A DNA stretch of 17,080 nucleotides from an uncultured archaeon (GTDB taxonomy: Archaea; Altiarchaeota; Altiarchaeia; IMC4; SCGC-AAA252-I15), in contig CAZPLO010000001.1 of the NCBI GenBank assembly GCA_964587725.1, positions 236,377 through 253,456 on the forward strand, written 5' to 3'. The notes below the pieces were generated by a model. The model saw only the letters and a program-made list of their open reading frames with translations. It was not told the DNA's origin and searched no databases. A program made the position numbers and the translations under genes. Numbering within the stretch: position 1 is the first letter of the stretch; the number at the start of each line of letters is the position of its first letter. Shown piece by piece: positions 8,182 to 16,772 of the stretch.

Positions 8182-9648
8182 TCACCCGTAGCTTTTGTCT
8201 GCCCTGTCCCTGCTCGAAACCGCGGCGTGGTCTTTCTCCAAACCCCGCCACACGCTTCCGTAGCGTTCCTGAAGCTGATGCTCTATGGTTTTGGACTCCC
8301 GGAGGCTCTTCTCAACGTGCCAGATCTCTATGTACTCGCATCCCTCCACCACGGCGAGGTCGCCGGCCATACGTACCACCCCCCCGAGGTCCCTTAAACG
8401 GAGTGTCAGCGAGTTGCGTGCCCCGTCTATGTTCTTTGCCCTTTCCCGCGCCTCCTCTACGACTGCCCCCACCACCTCCGGCGTCGCATGGGGTATGCGT
8501 CCGTCGGACGCTATCTCCTGCGCGATGAACTGCAGCATCTTATCCCTGTTCGCTTCGGTGTCGGGCATTGCAGTCTCCAGCAGTATCTCGTAGCCGTTGC
8601 CGACTATGCGTGACCGCAGAGGCGGCAGTATCCTGCTGACGTCGCTGATGTTGCATGCTCCCACGAACAAAAAGTCGCAGGGCACGTCCCTAACCTTAAC
8701 CGACGCCCCCGCGCTCTGCGGGTTCCTGCCGGTGATGGGGAACCGTTTCTCCTGCATCGCAGTCAAAATATAGTTTTGGAGGTTGTCGAGGTGCGGGAGC
8801 TCGTCCACGAACAAAACCCCCTCATGTGCTTCGTGCACCGCCCCAGGGATGACACGCAGGTAAGCTGGCGTTCCTATTTCAGGGTGGCTGCCGTACGGGT
8901 CGTGCCGGACATCACCCAGCAGTTCGGTTTCGGTTGCTCCGCTGGTGTGGACGAAGTTCTTCCGGTCTAATGGGACTATCACATTCCTCTTCTCACGTTC
9001 GTTCAGTCTCCGGATGTTCTCCAGCGCCTGCTGGTCGAGCACTCGCACGTGTCCGTCGCCGGTCCTCTGGTAGACGACGGTTTCCTCGCGGCCGCCGGCG
9101 CCTATCCTGGACGTCTGAACCTCCGTTTCAGGCTTCACGGGTCCGACCTCGAAGACGTCGTTGAGCATGTTGTTGACGGGGTTCTGGCGTCTGCTTCTCA
9201 CAAGCCTGCTGTATTTGCTGGACCCGCACTGCGGGCACGTAATGTATTCCACGCCGCTGAGGGTCCCGCATGTGCTGCACCTGAACCCCAGGCGCTCCGC
9301 CACGAAAGACGGTATGTCCACGGGATCCATGGTTTTCCCGTAAGCAGGCCCGTCTTCGTCTCCGAGACCTTCAATCTCCCTCCTAGCGGATACCTCCACC
9401 ATCGGTTGGTTAGGGTTCTTAGGGTTATGCAGCACGCTTATCTGCTGCTGCGGAGGCTGCAGATGGTATGCTAGTGCCTGGGCGAGCATGCTCTTCCCCA
9501 CCCCCGGCGGCCCCACCAGCAGAAGGTTACGTCTCTGCCGCACAGCCACCTTCACCTTCTCCACCGCGCTGTCCTGCCCGATAATCCGCTTCATCGGATC
9601 CCCAGGCACCACTACGTCGGCGGTGGAGTCGATATCCTCTAAACTCAT
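8182..9648 (-). CDS. LonB-related AAA+ ATPase lacking the Ser-Lys protease domain
   Basis: IIGQDSAV, Walker A GPPGVGKS, LLGDVRHDPY, GAVHEAHEGVLFVDE (Walker B), LRSRI Arg finger, LTLRLRDLGG; the protein ends at 488 aa with no Lon_C domain. Confidence 0.85.
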   Translation of the reverse strand: MSLEDIDSTADVVVPGDPMKRIIGQDSAVEKVKVAVRQRRNLLLVGPPGVGKSMLAQALAYHLQPPQQQISVLHNPKNPNQPMVEVSARREIEGLGDEDGPAYGKTMDPVDIPSFVAERLGFRCSTCGTLSGVEYITCPQCGSSKYSRLVRSRRQNPVNNMLNDVFEVGPVKPETEVQTSRIGAGGREETVVYQRTGDGHVRVLDQQALENIRRLNEREKRNVIVPLDRKNFVHTSGATETELLGDVRHDPYGSHPEIGTPAYLRVIPGAVHEAHEGVLFVDELPHLDNLQNYILTAMQEKRFPITGRNPQSAGASVKVRDVPCDFLFVGACNISDVSRILPPLRSRIVGNGYEILLETAMPDTEANRDKMLQFIAQEIASDGRIPHATPEVVGAVVEEARERAKNIDGARNSLTLRLRDLGGVVRMAGDLAVVEGCEYIEIWHVEKSLRESKTIEHQLQERYGSVWRGLEKDHAAVSSRDRADKSYG

Positions 9649-9676
9649 CTTCGTGTTAATAACTGTAGGTTAGCGT

Positions 9677-9714
9677 AAAAAAAGAAGAGCCGTGGCGTGC
9701 CCTCCGGGCACGCC
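9677..9714 (-). terminator. Hairpin plus T-tract downstream of dnaG
   Basis: Minus strand GGCGTGCCC-GGA-GGGCACGCC (9-bp perfect stem, 9694-9714), followed by ACGGCTCTTCTTTTTTT. Confidence 0.6.
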
Positions 9715-9723
9715 CATTATCAT

Positions 9724-10863
9724 TCAGCTGGGTGTGGCCTGCTCGGTCATCAACGTGATGCCGTGGGTTTTCTTAATGTCCGCGGCCTTGTTCACGCCGA
9801 CAAGCGTCTTCGCGCCGGCTTTGTTGGCGCTGTCCACCAGCCGCTGGGTTATTATCCCGTCCAACACCACATGCGTGGGCTTGACCTTGCCGAGCGTGTT
9901 TATCAAATCCTTTATCTCTATCTCGGCTATCAACTTCATGTCCTTGTCGAACAGGCGTGCTCCGAGCTTGCCCTTCACCTTGGAGAGTTCGTCGTGCAGC
10001 GAAGACGGGTCCGCCTCCGCGGTTTCGACGCCCTCCTTTTTCCGGCCGTTCTTGGCCTGGTCGGTGGGCATCTTCTTCCTCAACCCCATGATAACCTCTT
10101 TTTTGCCGAGGTCCTCGACCTCCTTACCCTTAGGGGCTCTGGCCACATAGTCGATGTCGGCGACCTGCATCAGCTCCTTCAGTATCATGTCGCCTCCGCG
10201 GTCTCCGTCCACGAACGCTATGGTGGTCTTGCTCCTGCTCAGCTCCGAAATCGTCTTGGGGACGTTTGTGCCTCCTATTGCAACAGCGTTTTTGATGCCG
10301 CATTTAAGCAGGTTCAATACGTCCGCCCGGCCCTCAACCAGTATCACGGAATCCGACTCCTTGATTGCAGGGCCCGCCGACAACCCCTTATACGTGGTTA
10401 TCTCGCTCAACTGGACGCTCTTCTTGACTTCGTCCACCAACTCCATGCTCTCCGGGATTTCATCGTCCATCAACCGCTTAAGTATTTCTTTGGCGCGGTC
10501 GACCATCACCTTCCTCTTGCTGGTGCGCGCATCCACGACGTTCGTCACCTTGATTCGGGCGTTGCACGGGCCGACCCTGTCCACCGCCTCTATTGTGGCG
10601 GCGATGATGGAGGTCTCGACCATGTCGAGGCTTGACGGCACCACTATGGTGCCGTTGGATTTCCCGCTCCTGGTCTTGATGTCAACCTCTATCCTGCCTA
10701 TCCTGCCCGTCTTCTGCAGGTCTCTGAGTTCGAGTTCCTCCCCCAGGAGGCCTTCGGACTGTCCGAACAATGCTCCCACGACGTCCGGTTTCTCCACGAC
10801 GCCGTCTATCGTTATCTCCGCGTATATGTTGTACTTCACCGTATCTGCTGGTGCTTTAGCCAT
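9724..10863 (-). CDS. dnaG: Archaeal DnaG (TOPRIM protein, exosome-associated in characterised archaea)
   Basis: GVVEKPDVVGALFGQSEGLLG...LRDLQKTGRIGRI, VDRVGP, TOPRIM VEGRADV and DGDRGG, VLDGIITQRL; GAGGTGA RBS. Confidence 0.95.
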   Translation of the reverse strand: MAKAPADTVKYNIYAEITIDGVVEKPDVVGALFGQSEGLLGEELELRDLQKTGRIGRIEVDIKTRSGKSNGTIVVPSSLDMVETSIIAATIEAVDRVGPCNARIKVTNVVDARTSKRKVMVDRAKEILKRLMDDEIPESMELVDEVKKSVQLSEITTYKGLSAGPAIKESDSVILVEGRADVLNLLKCGIKNAVAIGGTNVPKTISELSRSKTTIAFVDGDRGGDMILKELMQVADIDYVARAPKGKEVEDLGKKEVIMGLRKKMPTDQAKNGRKKEGVETAEADPSSLHDELSKVKGKLGARLFDKDMKLIAEIEIKDLINTLGKVKPTHVVLDGIITQRLVDSANKAGAKTLVGVNKAADIKKTHGITLMTEQATPS

Positions 10864-11008
10864 ATTGATTCACCTCTTGTTTTTTCTTTTGGCTCACTGT
10901 GTCAAGAAACCGCACATACTTTCCCACATGTCTCTGTGCTTCCACTGCAGTCTGTCTGTGAAATCGACTGTGAACGTGAAACTCTTGACGTGTGAACGTA
11001 AGCTTCAT
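10856..11008 (-). CDS. Possible 50-aa small protein / uORF upstream of dnaG
   Basis: Hand-translated MKLTFTRQEFHVHSRFHRQTAVEAQRHVGKYVRFLDTVSQKKKQEVNQYG*. It fills the gap, starts about 20 nt after a TATA box and its end overlaps the dnaG start. No recognisable motif. Confidence 0.3.
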   Translation of the reverse strand: MKLTFTRQEFHVHSRFHRQTAVEAQRHVGKYVRFLDTVSQKKKQEVNQYG

Positions 11009-11022
11009 ATTTTACGCAATCA

Positions 11023-11038
11023 TGGCTTATATAAGCCA
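11023..11038. promoter_or_regulatory. 16-bp perfect palindrome centred on a TATA box
   Basis: TGGCTTATATAAGCCA, immediately after the DUF167 stop and upstream of dnaG. Confidence 0.55.
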
Positions 11039-11039
11039 A

Positions 11040-11330
11040 TCACTCGCCCGATGCCGCCAAACCCTCTAGAACGGACTCCACAGACCCCATATCATTGTCC
11101 CGGACCAACACGGTCTTACGCCGGCTCCGGTGCCCCGCGACTATTTCACAGGCGCCGAAGCAGGGTTTCAGGAGTTTCAGCAGAGCCCGGTTGGCTTTCC
11201 CCTTCTCGGGGGGTGCGGTCACCTTTGCCTTCAAGACACCATCAATGTACTCTAGACTGTCTGCTTTAGCTGACGGCGTGACGCGCACATTCAACAGGAC
11301 TCCCTCTCCGGAGGCTCTGGCGGCTGACAC
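11040..11330 (-). CDS. DUF167 / UPF0235 (YggU-like) protein
   Basis: VRVTPSAK...LKAKVTAPPEKGKANRAL...IVAGHRSRRK; GTG start. Confidence 0.9.
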   Translation of the reverse strand: MSAARASGEGVLLNVRVTPSAKADSLEYIDGVLKAKVTAPPEKGKANRALLKLLKPCFGACEIVAGHRSRRKTVLVRDNDMGSVESVLEGLAASGE

Positions 11331-11335
11331 ACTCC

Positions 11336-11599
11336 CTACACCGAATTGGCGCGTATGACCTCGTCCAGTATCCGCAGGAATGTGTTCTGCTGCTCCTCCG
11401 TCAACGTCACGCGGCCGCCGTCTTCTATGCGGAGGTCGTTGTTGTCCGCAACCACGACCAACGCCCTTGAAACCGGCACACCGAATATCTTCTGGAGTTC
11501 AGCGTTATCGTTCAAGTCGCTTATTATGTTGTCCAATACGTCCATGAAAATCCCGACACGTTCGGGATTCACCCCTTCTGGTGTTTCGTTTTCACCCAT
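11336..11599 (-). CDS. Hypothetical acidic protein (87 aa)
   Basis: GAGGTGA RBS, co-oriented with neighbours, 5 nt from the DUF167 gene; no motif recognised. Confidence 0.8.
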   Translation of the reverse strand: MGENETPEGVNPERVGIFMDVLDNIISDLNDNAELQKIFGVPVSRALVVVADNNDLRIEDGGRVTLTEEQQNTFLRILDEVIRANSV

Positions 11600-11675
11600 A
11601 GTGTTTCACCTCGAAATTTCGAACCTGAAAAAAGGTAAGAATATATTGGATTACCCTCTTTTAAAAGGCACGGCC

Positions 11676-12758
11676 CTACGTCACCAGCTCCTGTATTCTG
11701 TCCTGTTTCACCGCCTCCTTAACCTCCCTCGCAATCCTTTTGCCCATGTACATTGGTTCGCCGTACATTAGGTAGGTGTAGGGGCTGTACCCTATCAGGG
11801 CGTTGCATCCTGCCACAATCCGCGACGATATCTCGAACGCTATGATGTCGAGGTTTTCGGTTATTATAGTCTCTAGGCAGAAAGGCCCCAAAGCGCCGGG
11901 GGGGGCTATCCTCTTGCTCTCCGCCACAATCATGTCCCCTATCTCATACACCTCATCCAACAGACTTTCCCTCAGAACCATGGGGAAGTTTCCGACGATG
12001 GTGAACGACGGGCTTATGTCCTGCGCTATCTGCTCCGGCACAGGTATCCTGAACACGCCATCCACGCTGCTTTCATACCGTTTGTCGACCCCCAGGAACT
12101 CTGTCTCCCCCTTCAGGGGGCTGTGGAAGTAGTGCGGGTAAACGTTGACGCCGATGATGTACTCCTGGATATACGGGTGTTTGGCCTCCTCCTCCGTAAT
12201 AAGCTTCCGCTTCAGCATCAGCTTCATTTTTTTCCTGTAGGCTGCCTCGCCGTCCACGACGAAATAGCCTTTCCCACCCTTGGCTCCCGGGAATTTCACG
12301 AACGCCAGCCCCTCAATCTGCTCCGGCGACTCATAGATCCTCGGCACCTTCAATCCCGCGCCGCGCAGCCAGTCGTGCTGTTTAATCCGCGATGTCTCCA
12401 CCTCAAGGAGCTTCCGGTTCCCCATCACCGGCACCATGAACTCCTCCATCCTCTCCTGAGGTATGTAGGCGTTGAAGCTGCCGTGCGGTATGATGACGCT
12501 GTTCAACCCCCTAAGCTTCTCCTCCACCTCGTCGGAGGTTATGTCCTCCATCCGGTCGACGATTATGAACTCGTCAGCCAGATTATACCTCCTGTAAAGT
12601 CGGTCGCGGCCTTTGGTTGCGACGCACACGGTCCTGAAGCCCTCCTCCTTCGCGCCCTTAAATATGTTCAGTGCGCTGTGACTTCCGATTGTCGCAATGG
12701 AAATCCGTCCAGAATCGTATCCCGCCAGAATATCGCGTATTTTCCCTACACCAACCAT
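11676..12758 (-). CDS. purP: Formate--AICAR ligase PurP (ATP-grasp)
   Basis: IATIGSHSALNIFKGAKEEGF, IPHGSF, GAKGGKGYF, GPFCLET, FEISSRIVAG, MGKRIAREV. Confidence 0.9.
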   Translation of the reverse strand: MVGVGKIRDILAGYDSGRISIATIGSHSALNIFKGAKEEGFRTVCVATKGRDRLYRRYNLADEFIIVDRMEDITSDEVEEKLRGLNSVIIPHGSFNAYIPQERMEEFMVPVMGNRKLLEVETSRIKQHDWLRGAGLKVPRIYESPEQIEGLAFVKFPGAKGGKGYFVVDGEAAYRKKMKLMLKRKLITEEEAKHPYIQEYIIGVNVYPHYFHSPLKGETEFLGVDKRYESSVDGVFRIPVPEQIAQDISPSFTIVGNFPMVLRESLLDEVYEIGDMIVAESKRIAPPGALGPFCLETIITENLDIIAFEISSRIVAGCNALIGYSPYTYLMYGEPMYMGKRIAREVKEAVKQDRIQELVT

Positions 12759-12789
12759 AACCTATTATTGAAAAAAAGGTTTAAATACG

Positions 12790-13941
12790 CTACGTCACAA
12801 TCTCCTCTACGCGGCTATGTTCCACGGCCTCGCGCATCATCTTGGCGGTCCTGCGGCCGGTGCTCATCTCCCGCCTCCACAGGGTGTTCCCGTAGGGGTG
12901 GCCGACGCTCATGTGCACGTTAGTGCCTCCGCCGATGCGGGGGGCGACGTCGTATATGAAAAAGTTCAGGTCCTTGTCGACGCAGGTCTGCAGGCAGAAC
13001 GCGCCTATGATGCCCGGCTTATAGTGTTTCTGCGTTGCCTCCACCCACTTCTCCGCAAGGCCGAACGCCTTCTCCAGCAACGATTCGCGGAGGGTGGCGC
13101 TGTTGTGGCCGCATACAGTATATTCGGGCAGCCGCTGCCGTTCATTCAACGTCATCTGCTGCTGCGCCGGCAGCCGGACGTGGCCGTCGAGACTGGATTC
13201 GAAGCGCCAGTCCACACCCAGCAGCTCAATCTTCGGCAGCTCCTCCTCCAACGGGTTGTAGAAGAAGTCCAGGTTGAATACCGGCCCCACAATGTACCGT
13301 TCAATCCTCGCAACAGCCAGCGCCTCCTCGGTTATCACGCCCTGATTCAGCAGCTCCCCCGCCTTCTCCTCGTACTCCTGTTGGCTGGCGGCGGTGAAGA
13401 ACCCCCGCTCCAGCTTCTTCTCGGCGTGGTGGAGTTTCACCATCACCAGCCCGTCTATGTCCCCTGGATTAACCTCCTCGGGGTACGGTAGCCCCGCCTT
13501 ATTCAAGAGCCAGTAGTAGTTTTTCTTCCCCCCCCGTTCCTCACTCCTCAGCATGTTCCTGGAACCCACCAGCGGAACCTTGAAACCGTCTTCTATGACG
13601 TCGAGGCTGACGTATGATGTGAATGCGCGGTTGGGTATGAACAGCACATTATCCTTCCGCATAGCCTCCTGCTCCCCATCAGAAACAATCTCGTCGAATC
13701 TTTCGTAGACTTTGCATTCGTCGACGCACCCCCTGACCACGTCACCCTTAACCCTCCTGCTTCTGAAGTATTGGGCGTACGTCTTCTCCCTACCCCTCCT
13801 ACAATACAACACGGTGTTGAACCCTTCGGCCGCCGCCCCGTCGGCCGCGTCCAACGCGGAATGGGATGCGAGCACACCAGCCTTAACATTCTTCAGGTCG
13901 TACTCTTCGACCACATCCGCTATCTCGTCTCTCCCAATCAT
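12790..13941 (-). CDS. PurP-like paralogue (second archaeal PurP subfamily)
   Basis: VLASHSALDAADGA, IPNRAF, KKLERGFF in place of the GGKG loop, GAFCLQ, DVAPRIGGGTN, MSTGRR. Confidence 0.88.
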   Translation of the reverse strand: MIGRDEIADVVEEYDLKNVKAGVLASHSALDAADGAAAEGFNTVLYCRRGREKTYAQYFRSRRVKGDVVRGCVDECKVYERFDEIVSDGEQEAMRKDNVLFIPNRAFTSYVSLDVIEDGFKVPLVGSRNMLRSEERGGKKNYYWLLNKAGLPYPEEVNPGDIDGLVMVKLHHAEKKLERGFFTAASQQEYEEKAGELLNQGVITEEALAVARIERYIVGPVFNLDFFYNPLEEELPKIELLGVDWRFESSLDGHVRLPAQQQMTLNERQRLPEYTVCGHNSATLRESLLEKAFGLAEKWVEATQKHYKPGIIGAFCLQTCVDKDLNFFIYDVAPRIGGGTNVHMSVGHPYGNTLWRREMSTGRRTAKMMREAVEHSRVEEIVT

Positions 13942-13972
13942 GGTATACTATGTGTCGGGTGTTAAATAAAAT

Positions 13973-16090
13973 CTACCCTGAGGCACCCATTTCAGCGAGC
14001 TGCTCCCGTATCTGCCTGGCATTCTGGTCGTTCGGCGCCAGCTCCAAGTACGTCCTCCACGCATCCGCAGCACCCCCATAGTCTCCGGAGTTATAGTATA
14101 TTACCCCCAGGTTCAGGTACGCCATCGCATACTCCGGGTCCTCCGACACGATAAGGGTGTACTGTTCCGCCGCGTCGTTTAGTCTGCCCTCCGTCATCAG
14201 CAGCCCCGCCAGGTTGAACCGCGCCCTCAGGTACGTGGGGTCTATCTTCAACGCATTCATGTAGTGTCGCCGGGCGTTCTCCCGCTCCCCCAGCAGGGCG
14301 TAGGCGTATCCGAGGTTGTTCTGTGCCTTGGCATTCCGGGGGTTCTCAGAGAGAACGCTCTTGAACTCATCCACCGCACCCCGGTAGTCACCTTCAGCCA
14401 ACAGGAGGTTCCCGATGTCGTACCTCACACCCATGTCATACGGCAGCATGGTCTTCAGTTCCTCCAGCAGCTTCAGGGCCCTGTTCCGGTCGCCGTCGAG
14501 GTAGTGTTCGGCGAGGCGTGTATAGTAGATGGCTTTGATGTTGCGGGACATGTAGTCCAAGTGTATGGTGGTGTCCCATATCTGACGGTAATCATACGGG
14601 CTCCAGTAATCCCTGTCAGGCAACCCCTCACCCTCCTCAACAACCAGGTATACGAGGCCGGTCTGCTCCAGCCTGTAACCCGGCAACGCCACGTTCTCCC
14701 TGGTTGTGTAGTACACCGGCCTGCCTTCTTCAACGACCTCCAACTCCACCTCCCTCCTCCGCGCCTCGTGTTCCGCGGGCTCTAAAGTTACATAGTCTAT
14801 GCCGTATAATTCATGGCTGAGTATGCCGCCGCGCTCATACAACGTCACGTCCGGCCGCACACCCTCGACATACAGTAAGTAGCTGAGCGGCAGCACCGTG
14901 TTGTCCCCTTCAGCGAATATCACCGCATCCTCCTCCACGGTCTTGAGGATGTTCATGCCGTAGTCATACGCCAGCAGGTTCCTGCTGCGGTCGCTGACGC
15001 CATAATTCGAAGCCAACACGATGAGCACGGCGACGATGACACCCGCCTCCTTCATCCACCGGAAACTATTCAGCCAACTGAAAACCTCCTTTAATCCGAA
15101 ACCCCCCCACACGCCCAACACTATTATGCTGGGTATGCTGAACGTCGTAGCCTCCAACGGCGCGTTGTTGAGGAATAATGCGTACACCAGGTCCGCGGCC
15201 ACCATCAATATCGTGTAATTGAGCAGCTTCCTCTTCCCGCCGCCGTGCGAGTATAAACCCCCCGCCACCAATGCGCCGGCCAGCGAATACTGCCGGAGGT
15301 AGTGGAAGATTAAACCACTTAACCTGCCAATCAACTCCCCTGTCGTCAACGTCAAAACGTATGTTTGGCGGTGTACGAACCCAGTGACATGGTTTATGAA
15401 CCTGCCAGGTGTGCCGGGGTCCCCCCAGTTATATGCGGGGTTTCTGGACGCCGCCAACGGGATATACAGGTAGAGGAGCAGCGGCGCTGCAAAATAGGCG
15501 GCGGCCTTCTCCAAGTCGACCTTCTTCAGCTCGTCGTCCCTGTCCGCACTCACCAGGTAAGCGAAGGCCGGCGCATACAGTATGGCGGATACGTGGTTTG
15601 TCAACGCCAGTCCGTAGGCGGCGGCAAACATCAGCAGCAGCCCCGGGGTTTTCTCCTCACGCCACTTCAACGCCAGCAGCAGAAGCACCGCCGTGAAGAA
15701 TCCGTTCATCATGTACGCTTCCGCCACCGTGGCCTGGTCCCACACGGCGGTGGAGAAGGCAACCATCAACCCCGCTCCAGCACCCGCCTTCCAAGACTTC
15801 GTAAGCAGATGAACTATCACGCACACGACCACCGCGGTCGCGGCAGCAAACAACGCACTCATCAGATTGTACCTGTAGGCTACACCCCCCACAGGAATGA
15901 ACGAAAACACCTTGCCCAACAGCATATACAGCGGATACCCGGTGGGATGGGACACCCCCAGCGTGTAAGACGCGGTTATGAAGTCCCCGCTGTCGCCTCC
16001 GTAGACTGTCGGGCACAGCGTCACCAGATACACGATTGCCGCCGCCGCGAACACGAAGCCGACGGCCAGTTTGCTTTCACCGACTTCCAT
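13973..16090 (-). CDS. DUF2723 (TMEM260-like) polytopic membrane glycosyltransferase with C-terminal TPR repeats
   Basis: GDSGDF...LGVSHPTGYPLY, QATVAEAY, TNH, NWGDP, GDNT motifs; many hydrophobic helices; several TPR units (AQNNLGYAY, ARFNLAGLL, AYLNLGVIY). Confidence 0.85.
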   Translation of the reverse strand: MEVGESKLAVGFVFAAAAIVYLVTLCPTVYGGDSGDFITASYTLGVSHPTGYPLYMLLGKVFSFIPVGGVAYRYNLMSALFAAATAVVVCVIVHLLTKSWKAGAGAGLMVAFSTAVWDQATVAEAYMMNGFFTAVLLLLALKWREEKTPGLLLMFAAAYGLALTNHVSAILYAPAFAYLVSADRDDELKKVDLEKAAAYFAAPLLLYLYIPLAASRNPAYNWGDPGTPGRFINHVTGFVHRQTYVLTLTTGELIGRLSGLIFHYLRQYSLAGALVAGGLYSHGGGKRKLLNYTILMVAADLVYALFLNNAPLEATTFSIPSIIVLGVWGGFGLKEVFSWLNSFRWMKEAGVIVAVLIVLASNYGVSDRSRNLLAYDYGMNILKTVEEDAVIFAEGDNTVLPLSYLLYVEGVRPDVTLYERGGILSHELYGIDYVTLEPAEHEARRREVELEVVEEGRPVYYTTRENVALPGYRLEQTGLVYLVVEEGEGLPDRDYWSPYDYRQIWDTTIHLDYMSRNIKAIYYTRLAEHYLDGDRNRALKLLEELKTMLPYDMGVRYDIGNLLLAEGDYRGAVDEFKSVLSENPRNAKAQNNLGYAYALLGERENARRHYMNALKIDPTYLRARFNLAGLLMTEGRLNDAAEQYTLIVSEDPEYAMAYLNLGVIYYNSGDYGGAADAWRTYLELAPNDQNARQIREQLAEMGASG

Positions 16091-16114
16091 CTTTAAAGGA
16101 TAAAAACTAGGGGG

Positions 16115-16312
16115 TTAAATCTCCCAGGAAGACTTGTTTTTGTTCAAAATAGTCCTGCCCCGCTTAATCTTCTCCACGTCCTGAGGCCGCCTCACATCAA
16201 TGCCGTCATGGAACTCGCGGTTCAGATGCTGCGCCAGCTCCACCGCACCCATCCTCAGCTTGTTGGCTGTTATGAAACGCAGCTCAGGGTAAGTCCACAT
16301 CCGGTCCGCCAT
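16115..16312 (-). CDS. Small basic protein, possible Myb/HTH-like DNA-binding fold
   Basis: 65 aa from ATG 16312, about 25 nt after TTATTTAA; WTxxE...ELAxxLNxxF...R pattern. The fold assignment is tentative. Confidence 0.65.
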   Translation of the reverse strand: MADRMWTYPELRFITANKLRMGAVELAQHLNREFHDGIDVRRPQDVEKIKRGRTILNKNKSSWEI

Positions 16313-16433
16313 TGACAAAAACATAGGATGAAAGGGTTAAATAATGAATAACGCCGACCCAACCCCCATTCAACAAAACCAGAAACTATTGAAAAATTAA
16401 ACCAAAAAATAACAATATTTTCAAAAAGAAACC

Positions 16434-16457
16434 GAACAATGTTTTTAAACAGTGTTC
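16434..16457 (+). promoter_or_regulatory. TATA box embedded in an imperfect inverted repeat
   Basis: GAACA-A-TGTTT-TT-AAACA-G-TGTTC; the TTTTAAA lies about 22 nt upstream of ATG 16471. Confidence 0.5.
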
Positions 16458-16470
16458 ACAATATTAAACT

Positions 16471-16638
16471 ATGCGTCCCGTATGCGACTTCTGCAACACC
16501 AAACTGGAAGACAAACTCTCGAAAATCATAGACCACCTTAAAACCTGCGAGGCAGCCCCATTCCACGAAATAGAAGACGAACTCGAGAAGTCCATGGCGG
16601 TCCAAACCCACATCCTAAAGAAACTACGCGAAGACTAA
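16471..16638 (+). CDS. 55-aa C2HC zinc-finger protein (not in the ORF track)
   Basis: Hand-translated MRPVCDFCNTKLEDKLSKIIDHLKTCEAAPFHEIEDELEKSMAVQTHILKKLRED*; C-x2-C-x13-H-x3-C; TATA box upstream and T-rich tract after the stop. Confidence 0.75.
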   Translation: MRPVCDFCNTKLEDKLSKIIDHLKTCEAAPFHEIEDELEKSMAVQTHILKKLRED

Positions 16639-16772
16639 ATTCTTTTATTCCCCACTTACCTACTAATATAAGCGTTTTTCAAGTCTGTATAGCCCATCAC
16701 ATCCACATTTGAGAATGCAACCACAACCATGCACCAGCTCCATGCTGGGAAGGAGCCTTCACGTTCACCTAT

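Noticed and set aside
9692-11269. Long plus-strand ORFs (152, 312 and 371 aa)
   Set aside because: Antisense shadows of dnaG and DUF167 with no motifs; the same applies to the other plus-strand ORFs opposite well-supported genes.
16729-16760. Two short hairpins (CCAGC/GCTGG, GAAGG/CCTTC) in the tRNA leader
   Set aside because: Only 5-bp stems, one with a 2-nt loop; plausible by chance.
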